Positions 57,160 through 64,000 of a DNA stretch of 64,000 bases are shown one piece after another. Source of the stretch: Chitinophagales bacterium (GTDB lineage: Bacteria > Bacteroidota > Bacteroidia > Chitinophagales > LD1); assembly GCA_044226285.1 (NCBI GenBank), contig JBGAHI010000004.1, positions 154,731-218,730 of the forward strand. Direction: 5' to 3'. Each line of letters starts with the position of its first letter. Positions within the stretch are counted from its first letter, which is position 1. The notes below the pieces were generated by a model, which made no database searches, had not been told where the DNA came from, and was given only the letters and a program-made list of their open reading frames with translations. The translations under genes and the position numbers were made by a program.

Positions 57160-59601
57160 ATGACCACATTAGCTATTCTTAAAAAAAAAATGGTCCTACA
57201 TATAAAAAAAATGTGGTGGCTATTTACTTTTTTATGCGTTTGGGTGTGTATAGCTTCTTACCCTACTCAGCTAACGCATAAAGTTAACATAAATCAATCC
57301 GATGCTTTAGAATACCAGGTTTGTGCATACAACTTAGTGAAGTATGGAGTATTCCCAAAACTTAAAGTACATGGTCAACTTTCTGACTATGCTATTGATA
57401 GCAATACCAATATGCCACTTAGTAGCAGAATCTTTACAGCGCTTATTTTAAAACACCCCCCAATAGATGATTTTTCAAAACCCCCTCTCTATTCCTTGCT
57501 ACTTGCATTGGTCTACTTTCTAGCAGGCACAAATTTTAACAATGCCGTTTTTTTCCAACTGATTTTAGTATCGCTTACTACCGCATTACAACCATATCTA
57601 GGTTGGCGCTTAATGGGAAAAAAGGGCGTTGTTATAGGAATCATTTCTGCTTACTTTTATTTTCAAAGTTCCATAGACGAAATCCATCTCCTCTACCCCC
57701 ACTTTTTAGTGCAACTTATTTTATTAGTAGTTATTATAATTAACGAAAACCAACACCCCAAAAGATGGCAAATACTACTTACTGGATTTCTCTTAGGATG
57801 CTGTGTACTAACCAATGGAAATACGATTTTTATTCCATTCATGTATTTTTTATATCAATTGCTCCTTTACATTAAAAAGAAGATTTCAGGTGAATTTTTC
57901 CAGGGGTGGTTTGTTTTTTTATGTGTATTAGCGCCCTGGGTAGTTTTCGCCAATTTAGAATTATCAAAAACGAAAAATGAGCGAACGATTTGGAAACAGA
58001 ATCTGTGGAAGGGTGTAACTATTGAAAAATATAACACTACCTTTTTACTTGATAAAAGCCACCCCACCTTACAAGACAGTATTATTATTTTGAATTGTGT
58101 AAGAAACTTGTACAGTAAATTTGGAGAAGATGGATTTGTACTTATTTCAAAACAACCTTTTGGCGATGAAATATTAGGCACCCACAATGAATTTTGTGAA
58201 GATGGAAGATACCACCCTGAATGGAGATTCTTATCCAACTCCTACCACAACCGTCAAAACACAGGTCGTTCTACTCTCGTAAAAATTATTCTATTTTATA
58301 AGGACAACCCCTCTTTTATTTTAAAAAACATAACCGGTAAATTTTCAGGGACTACCAGTGGGTATTCCTTCTTATATTATCTTTCGGGGATATTTCTCTT
58401 ACTAATTCCCCTTTACAACAAGCTTCAAAAGTATTCCTTTTTGGGAGTAGCAGCAGTTATTTTGAGCGCTTATTTTTTATTGCCTTTTGAGTATTATATC
58501 GTTCTTTTTTTAGTAGGAATAGTAGCAGGGAATCTCTTTGTTTTTAGTGGAAAATACGAAATGGATATATCTCCTATCTGGATTTTTGCAATTACTAATA
58601 CTGTGTTTATTACTATATTTTTTTTGGGGGAAGCAAGATATGTAGCCATTCTAAATCAATTTATACTTATTATTTTGTTTGCATTAACTGCAATTTTTAT
58701 AAAACCTTTTTTTGTGCATGATTTTAGTTTTTATAAAACCAAAGGGGCTTTGCTTTATAAAAAATACATTCCGAAATTTAGGCTTTTTGAAGTAGTACTT
58801 ATGTCGGGTTATTTTATAGTAGCCTTTGCATTTGCGAATGATGCAATTGTAGTATCTAAAGTACTTACATCCATGGTTTATTACTTTGCAATCTTGTGCT
58901 ATATCGCATCGGTATACATGTTAAATTCATTTGCTGATTATGATTTAGATAAAGTTAATCCTCGCTTACAATATTTGAGCAGCTTTAAAAAAACGAGTTA
59001 TTTGTTGTGGACAGTTATTTTCTTATTACTGAGCTTATGTATTACTTTTTTCCTTAACAGAAAAATTGCCGTTTTTTTTTCCTTTTCGTACCTCTTATGG
59101 TATTTGTATTATTGCCCCCCTTTCCGGTATAAAAACTCGATATTAATTGGAACAGTTATCCATTTTGTTTCGGGCATATTACATTTTCAAATCGGATTTG
59201 AAGTTGCACAAACCGCAGGCTATTTATCCTTTATGATTTCTTTGTTTTTTGCGACACTACTCAGTATGGGGCATTTAAACCACGAGCTGCTCGATTTAGA
59301 TGCAGACCAAAAGTTTGGCATTAAAAACACTGCCATTACCTTTGGCAGAAAAAATGTTATTTGCCTCTTCTACGCACTATTTTTTCTTTCGCAAATATAC
59401 CTGTTGCTTATGTTCAAATGGAAATTTATTGACAAGTATGAACTAATACCGTTTCTTTATTTGCCGGTTATTGCTACCCTTTTTGTTGTGGGGGAAAAGC
59501 AAAAGCTCTTGCAACCGAAATACATTCAAAAATTATTCAGAATACTTTTGCTCATCAGTTCGATAGTACTCATCGCGCTAAAACTTATTGCTGTTCAATA
59601 G
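57160..59601 (+). CDS. Fusion protein: ArnT/PMT_2-type GT-C glycosyltransferase domain plus C-terminal UbiA-family prenyl/phosphoribosyl transferase domain
   Basis: The N-terminal part has the first-loop acidic motif DALEYQVCAYNLVKYG and SKPPLYSLLLALVYFLAG (the KPPL block of the ArnT family). The C-terminal part has NSFADYDLD (NxxxDxxxD) and LDLDADQKFGIKNTAITFG (second Asp-rich UbiA motif). The start is ambiguous: TTG 57121, or ATG at 57160, 57190 or 57211. Confidence 0.7.
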   Translation: MTTLAILKKKMVLHIKKMWWLFTFLCVWVCIASYPTQLTHKVNINQSDALEYQVCAYNLVKYGVFPKLKVHGQLSDYAIDSNTNMPLSSRIFTALILKHPPIDDFSKPPLYSLLLALVYFLAGTNFNNAVFFQLILVSLTTALQPYLGWRLMGKKGVVIGIISAYFYFQSSIDEIHLLYPHFLVQLILLVVIIINENQHPKRWQILLTGFLLGCCVLTNGNTIFIPFMYFLYQLLLYIKKKISGEFFQGWFVFLCVLAPWVVFANLELSKTKNERTIWKQNLWKGVTIEKYNTTFLLDKSHPTLQDSIIILNCVRNLYSKFGEDGFVLISKQPFGDEILGTHNEFCEDGRYHPEWRFLSNSYHNRQNTGRSTLVKIILFYKDNPSFILKNITGKFSGTTSGYSFLYYLSGIFLLLIPLYNKLQKYSFLGVAAVILSAYFLLPFEYYIVLFLVGIVAGNLFVFSGKYEMDISPIWIFAITNTVFITIFFLGEARYVAILNQFILIILFALTAIFIKPFFVHDFSFYKTKGALLYKKYIPKFRLFEVVLMSGYFIVAFAFANDAIVVSKVLTSMVYYFAILCYIASVYMLNSFADYDLDKVNPRLQYLSSFKKTSYLLWTVIFLLLSLCITFFLNRKIAVFFSFSYLLWYLYYCPPFRYKNSILIGTVIHFVSGILHFQIGFEVAQTAGYLSFMISLFFATLLSMGHLNHELLDLDADQKFGIKNTAITFGRKNVICLFYALFFLSQIYLLLMFKWKFIDKYELIPFLYLPVIATLFVVGEKQKLLQPKYIQKLFRILLLISSIVLIALKLIAVQ

Positions 59602-60433
59602 GTTTTGTACACTGCAAAACGCAGTAATCAATAATCCCTTTTTCGACAAGTAATTTTAACGACACACAGGCCTTATAATGATTATACAACAGTTCACTAT
59701 CTTCTTTTTTGATTTGTTCCATTTTCGTTAATGCACCATAATATGATTTTTCGATACCGGGCATAACAAAATTGAGAATGGAGGTTACTTCGATATTATC
59801 GAATCCTGCTTTTAATAATCTCTTCGCAGGCAGATCGATATAATGATTGACCGCCCATCCTTGCTGAAAAGCATTAAGGGCTGACATTGTTTCGGCATCC
59901 GTAGGTTTCAAAACTTCTATATAATCGATTATGAGCAACTTCCCTCCTGGTTTTAACACTCTAAACATTTCGACAAGAAATTGTTCCTTCGATTCAGAGT
60001 GACACATACTCTCAATCGCATAGGCAACATCTACACTATTGCTTTCCAGCGAAGTATTGGTATAGTCTTCTTCTAAAAAAACAATGTTGTTCAGCGGTTT
60101 TGCTTTTTGTTGTGCAAATGCAATTTGACTTCGAGAAATATTGATTCCGATGAGATGATGTTGTGGAAATTGTTCTTTCAAAAAGAACAAAGTTCCACCT
60201 ATTCCGCAACCTGCATCTACTACAGTTTGTGCATCGCTATTCCCTAAGCTCAATTGTGCGGCAATAAAGCTGTTCATTCTTAGCTTTGCTTGGTCATTAT
60301 CTTCAACTGAATCACTAAAATAACCCATGTGCATAGCTAAAGAATTAGGATTGTGTCCTTGCATAAATCGTTCTAGCCAGCATACATCATAATAGTCTAG
60401 AATTTGTTGTGTATATTTTTCTGCTTTGTTCAT
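59585..60433 (-). CDS. Class I SAM-dependent methyltransferase
   Basis: Motif I VVDAGCGIGGT and post-I/II blocks LIGINIS and LKPGGKLLIIDY. The YYD...W...F N-terminal block is as in lipid and sterol-type methyltransferases. It lies 6 nt downstream of the radical SAM gene. Confidence 0.8.
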   Translation of the reverse strand: MNKAEKYTQQILDYYDVCWLERFMQGHNPNSLAMHMGYFSDSVEDNDQAKLRMNSFIAAQLSLGNSDAQTVVDAGCGIGGTLFFLKEQFPQHHLIGINISRSQIAFAQQKAKPLNNIVFLEEDYTNTSLESNSVDVAYAIESMCHSESKEQFLVEMFRVLKPGGKLLIIDYIEVLKPTDAETMSALNAFQQGWAVNHYIDLPAKRLLKAGFDNIEVTSILNFVMPGIEKSYYGALTKMEQIKKEDSELLYNHYKACVSLKLLVEKGIIDYCVLQCTKPIEQQ

Positions 60434-60439
60434 TTTCGG

Positions 60440-62029
60440 TTATGATATTGCTGTTTGCTTTGTTGCCGTAAGCGTTAGCGAAATAATTTTTTCCTTATTC
60501 TTAACTGGATCATATTCACTTTTCAGCTTCTGCATAAAAGTAAAATTATCGCTTCCCTGTTTTATTTTCTTCGGTTTAAAGAAACGAAGAAGTTTTTCGG
60601 AATAAAACCCAAGAATTCCTATTCCTCCAATAAAGTTGAGTTTTACTTCGTGAAAACTTCGTGTATTGTATAATCGCTTAAGAATATATGTCGGGCGTAG
60701 ATAAAATGAAAATGTCATTTTTCTGTAGAGTTTTTCAACATCTTCAGTGCTTAAGCTATCAATATTAATAATAGGTGTTGATCCATAGTATTTATCCCAA
60801 TCATAGGTCAAAATTTTGTCTTCTCTAATGGTCTTATTGAATACATCATTCCCCGGGAAAGGTGTAAGTATCGAAACAGAGATGAGATCAGGATCGAGTT
60901 TTTTCAATAAGCGAATATTATCATTTACAACTTCATGCGTATCGCCTTCGTTGCCAACAATCATACATACCCTCGACTCGAGTTTTGCTTTTTTTGTCCA
61001 AAGCATTGCATTAAATACCTTCTCCACCTCAACTCCTTTTTGAATATTATCGAGAATTTTCTGGTCGAAATTTTCAACCCCATACATGATTCCCCAACAC
61101 CCTGCTTTCTTCATTAATAAAAGCATTTCTTCATCCACAATATCCACCCGTGCAAAACATTGCCATTGAACGTCTAATGGTTTTTCAATCAGCAAATTGC
61201 AAAAATCGGTAACCCGTTGTTTACTCACAGTAAACACATCATCCATTATGGCCACGTCTTTAACACCGTATTTTTCGTTTAAATATTTGAATTCGTTGTA
61301 TAAACTTTCTGCACTTCGATATGTCCACATTTTCCCAACTGTACGTCTACAAAAGCTGCACGACCAAGGGCATCCTCGACTTGTAACAATCATCATAGCC
61401 GGCAAACGTTTAAAATTTCCAATAATTGGGCGATAGGAATTTATATCAATCAAATCATAGGCCGGCATAGGTAGATCGTCTAGCGCTTTATTTCGAGAAC
61501 GCGACTTGTTTCGAATAAATTCTACAACACCATTGGTATTCTTCTTATATGCTAGTCCATTGATATTCTCGAAGGGTTGTCCCTGAAGAAGTTCAAGCAA
61601 AGTATCTTCCCCCTCTCCGATTGCCACACAATCAACCGATTCATTACTAAGTGCTTCATCGGGCACAAATGAAGCATGTGAACCCCCTAAAACAAAAACT
61701 GTATCAGGATAATAGAATTTACAGAGGGCAGCCAATCGATACGACACATTTATTGTTGGGGTAGTTGTAGTTACGCCAATCACTTTTATTGAACTAAATT
61801 TTTCAACGTAATTTTTTATAAACCAAAGCTCAAACTCTAAATCGGTATCTTTAAAATAATAATTGCAATCCACTATTTGAACGGAAAAATGGTGTTCCCT
61901 AACATATGCGGCTAATGCTGTTAACCCCAATGGGACATCTATCGTTCTTTGTCCATAGTAAATACCTTTAGGAAAAAAGAATGGTGGGTTAATCAACAAA
62001 CAATCCAATATGATTTTATCATTTTCCAT
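60440..62029 (-). CDS. B12-binding-domain radical SAM protein (class B, COG1032-type)
   Basis: CxxxCxxC cluster in SRGCPWSCSFCRR. The N-terminal ~150 aa has a Rossmann-like cobalamin-binding-domain pattern (VIGVTTTTP...VLGGSHAS). Confidence 0.8.
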   Translation of the reverse strand: MENDKIILDCLLINPPFFFPKGIYYGQRTIDVPLGLTALAAYVREHHFSVQIVDCNYYFKDTDLEFELWFIKNYVEKFSSIKVIGVTTTTPTINVSYRLAALCKFYYPDTVFVLGGSHASFVPDEALSNESVDCVAIGEGEDTLLELLQGQPFENINGLAYKKNTNGVVEFIRNKSRSRNKALDDLPMPAYDLIDINSYRPIIGNFKRLPAMMIVTSRGCPWSCSFCRRTVGKMWTYRSAESLYNEFKYLNEKYGVKDVAIMDDVFTVSKQRVTDFCNLLIEKPLDVQWQCFARVDIVDEEMLLLMKKAGCWGIMYGVENFDQKILDNIQKGVEVEKVFNAMLWTKKAKLESRVCMIVGNEGDTHEVVNDNIRLLKKLDPDLISVSILTPFPGNDVFNKTIREDKILTYDWDKYYGSTPIINIDSLSTEDVEKLYRKMTFSFYLRPTYILKRLYNTRSFHEVKLNFIGGIGILGFYSEKLLRFFKPKKIKQGSDNFTFMQKLKSEYDPVKNKEKIISLTLTATKQTAIS

Positions 62030-62222
62030 AGCTCAACATTTTAAAAATACCCATTCCAGTAGAAAAATCTTTAACCCCCTTTAATGTAATTTATCATTAC
62101 TGTTTGCTAACGCAATGTTTTTGCGCCTACAAACATTATAATCAAGCATTTGTCCCAAATATGAATTATTGTATTCACTTTATCAAACTTTTTCTTGATT
62201 TTTGCAGTGTTTACAAACACAA

Positions 62223-63098
62223 ATGAAATCAAGGGTATTTATTGACGGCTTGTTGGAAAACAAGTTACAAAAAAACGGTTTTGTTAAAATTCCTTTTTGG
62301 TCAGAAGACATTGTTGAGAAAGTACGCAATACCTTTGAGTCCGAATTCTATGAAAAGCATTCCTCCTCTAAAAAATTTAACACCACCTACGAGACGGTAA
62401 ACCTAACTTTAATTGACCGCGTTAAAGCTTATTTAGAACCTCTTTTTATAGAAAACGCAAAAAAATTATTTGCGGATATGCGACCTATTAGTGCCAGCTT
62501 TTTGGTAAAGGAGCCCGGAGTTAACTCGGAATCACCTCTCCATCAAGATGCTAGTTTTGTGGATGAACCCGAGCACTGTTCTGTATCGGTATGGGTAGCC
62601 CTTCAAGATTGCAATGCACAAAACAGTTGCTTACAGTTTATACCGGGTAGTCATAAATTATTTACGGGCATTCGATTTATTCCATATACGAATCAAACCG
62701 TTGATGAGCATAAACATCGACTAATGCCATACCTTACTCAACACACGATTAAGGCAGGAGAGGCATTTGTGTTCTACAACGCAACGTTACATGCTTCGGG
62801 AAATAATCTAAGCGATACTCCACGATTAGCGGCAGTTATGGGTTTTTACAGCGCAAGTACACTATTGAGCCTATACAAAAAGAACGAATCCAACAACCAA
62901 ATCGACAGATTTAGCATATCAGTTGAACAATTGAAACAAATCAACGATGTTTTTCTTCCAAGTGAGGAACAACGTATAGAGTCGTTAGCTTTACCTTTGA
63001 ATATAACATCGAAGGAGGTAAGCCGTTTTCTAAAAGAAGAATTCAGCTTACCGAAACGAATTTTAGCTTGGGCAAACAAATATATAAACCCTAATTAA
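62223..63098 (+). CDS. Phytanoyl-CoA dioxygenase (PhyH) family Fe(II)/2OG oxygenase
   Basis: SPLHQDASFVD (HxD), VWVALQD, LQFIPGSHK, and a distal His in ATLHASGNN. The ATG at 62223 is preferred over the TTG at 62202. Confidence 0.75.
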   Translation: MKSRVFIDGLLENKLQKNGFVKIPFWSEDIVEKVRNTFESEFYEKHSSSKKFNTTYETVNLTLIDRVKAYLEPLFIENAKKLFADMRPISASFLVKEPGVNSESPLHQDASFVDEPEHCSVSVWVALQDCNAQNSCLQFIPGSHKLFTGIRFIPYTNQTVDEHKHRLMPYLTQHTIKAGEAFVFYNATLHASGNNLSDTPRLAAVMGFYSASTLLSLYKKNESNNQIDRFSISVEQLKQINDVFLPSEEQRIESLALPLNITSKEVSRFLKEEFSLPKRILAWANKYINPN

Positions 63099-63146
63099 TG
63101 CTATATTAGTAAGCCGATTACCGGACAAAAACTTTTATGTTTTAAG

Positions 63147-64000
63147 ATGAATGGAACAAAACACATAGCACAAGTTGGCATCGAAAAACTCGGGTTTTAT
63201 TTGTTTGATTTTTTATCGGAAAGCAACATTCAGGCACTAGGTGAACTTTATTATGCTTGTTATGGTAACGACCCGTCAAACGGAATGGTCGTTTCGCATA
63301 ATCACGGAGATGCAGCATTTAATATATCCGTTAGCCATAAAATAAATGCAATTCTTGGAAAATCTATTGAATCCCAATTCCCGGATTACCGTTTTTTTCT
63401 TTCGCATTTTGCAGTTAAAAAGGCAGGAAATGAAAACAGTTTTGAACTACATCAAGACTGGTCAATTGTTGATGAATCGCAATTTAATAGCTATCAAATT
63501 TGGATTCCGTTAAAATTGAGCTATCCTGAAAATGGAGGCATGTGTTTCATACCACGAAGCCAACACTTCAATACTAATATACGATCCGGTAGTTTCGGCA
63601 TTCCGGCAATCCCTATTACTTCTGCTGTATATCCGTATCTCTCTTATGCAAGAATATTTCCCGGACAAGCTGTAGCCTTTTCGAACAACCTCCTTCATGG
63701 ATCGTTTTCAAACCCAACCGATGAAGATAGAATATCGGTTATTGTTAACATAGTTCCTAAAATGGCTGATACAACTTATTTCCATTTTAATAATAACACA
63801 CGACAAACAGAAGTTTATTCGATAGATGCAGAAACTTTGCTAACTCATTTGCCTCGTCTTGAAAAAGGAGAAATGCCCTTAAACTATGCACCTAAAGCTA
63901 TTATTGATGCTCCTAAACAAAACAATAAAGCCATTAGTTTTTCGGATGTTTTAGATTGGATAAAAACAGACAGACATGAGCTAGGATTGAAGGATAACTA
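63147..64000 (+). CDS. PhyH-like Fe(II)/2OG oxygenase; the 3' end lies beyond the window
   Basis: Hand translation from the ATG at 63147 gives MNGTKHIAQVGIEKLGFYLF...ELHQDWSIVDE (HxD)...IWIPLK...MCFIPRSQH...LLHGSFSN. The frame is open to the window edge, so it is not in the ORF track. Confidence 0.65.
   Translation, partial: MNGTKHIAQVGIEKLGFYLFDFLSESNIQALGELYYACYGNDPSNGMVVSHNHGDAAFNISVSHKINAILGKSIESQFPDYRFFLSHFAVKKAGNENSFELHQDWSIVDESQFNSYQIWIPLKLSYPENGGMCFIPRSQHFNTNIRSGSFGIPAIPITSAVYPYLSYARIFPGQAVAFSNNLLHGSFSNPTDEDRISVIVNIVPKMADTTYFHFNNNTRQTEVYSIDAETLLTHLPRLEKGEMPLNYAPKAIIDAPKQNNKAISFSDVLDWIKTDRHELGLKDN

Noticed and set aside
59585-64000. RiPP-type (proteusin/polytheonamide-like) cluster: B12-rSAM, methyltransferase, Fe/2OG hydroxylases and a transporter
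   Set aside because: No plausible precursor peptide gene was found. Only a 21-aa ORF at 62161-62226 and a 15-aa ORF near 55830 were seen, both featureless. There is no protease or leader-recognition protein, and the neighbouring GT2, GT-C, UbiA and Wzm genes point to lipid-linked glycan chemistry. I keep it only as a minor alternative.

Overview
The window looks like Bacteroidota chromosome: several proteins carry T9SS C-terminal sorting domains, one has SprB-type repeats, TAnnTTTG -7 boxes precede some genes, and MurF and Alr are fused. No database search was possible, so every call rests on motifs read in the translations.

The left ~37 kb is mostly housekeeping:
- an edge-truncated giant SprB-repeat adhesin at 1-3016 (-), which is missing from the ORF track
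- murF/alr and dus
- a CPBP protease, cdsA and psd
- an odd secreted Cys/Lys-rich repeat protein
- an arginase-family enzyme and glpK
- a GH92 mannosidase
- a small exosortase-family gene preceded by a 70-aa ORF with a PEP-CTERM-like tail
- a LytTR two-component operon
- thrA-thrB-thrC-proC, a YebC-family regulator, an SLT transglycosylase and tRNA-Phe(GAA)

Right of the tRNA the content turns accessory. Two paralogous giant T9SS surface proteins (about 1819 and 1262 aa) share a ~640-aa C-terminal module but have different heads, and they flank an orphan secreted protein.

From 48.8 kb to the window end there is a visibly more AT-rich locus (GC not computed). It contains:
- a broken and an intact ABC-2 permease
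- an ArnC/GtrB-like GT2
- a WecD-like acetyltransferase
- an ArnT-like GT-C domain fused to a UbiA prenyltransferase
- a second large polytopic membrane protein
- an SGNH hydrolase
- four Fe(II)/2OG oxygenases (three PhyH-like, one AspH/LpxO-like)
- a B12-binding radical SAM gene in an operon with a methyltransferase

This locus is my best candidate for an undescribed envelope glycan or lipid tailoring system. The exosortase plus mini-substrate pair is second. I found no rRNA, CRISPR array, transposase or integrase.
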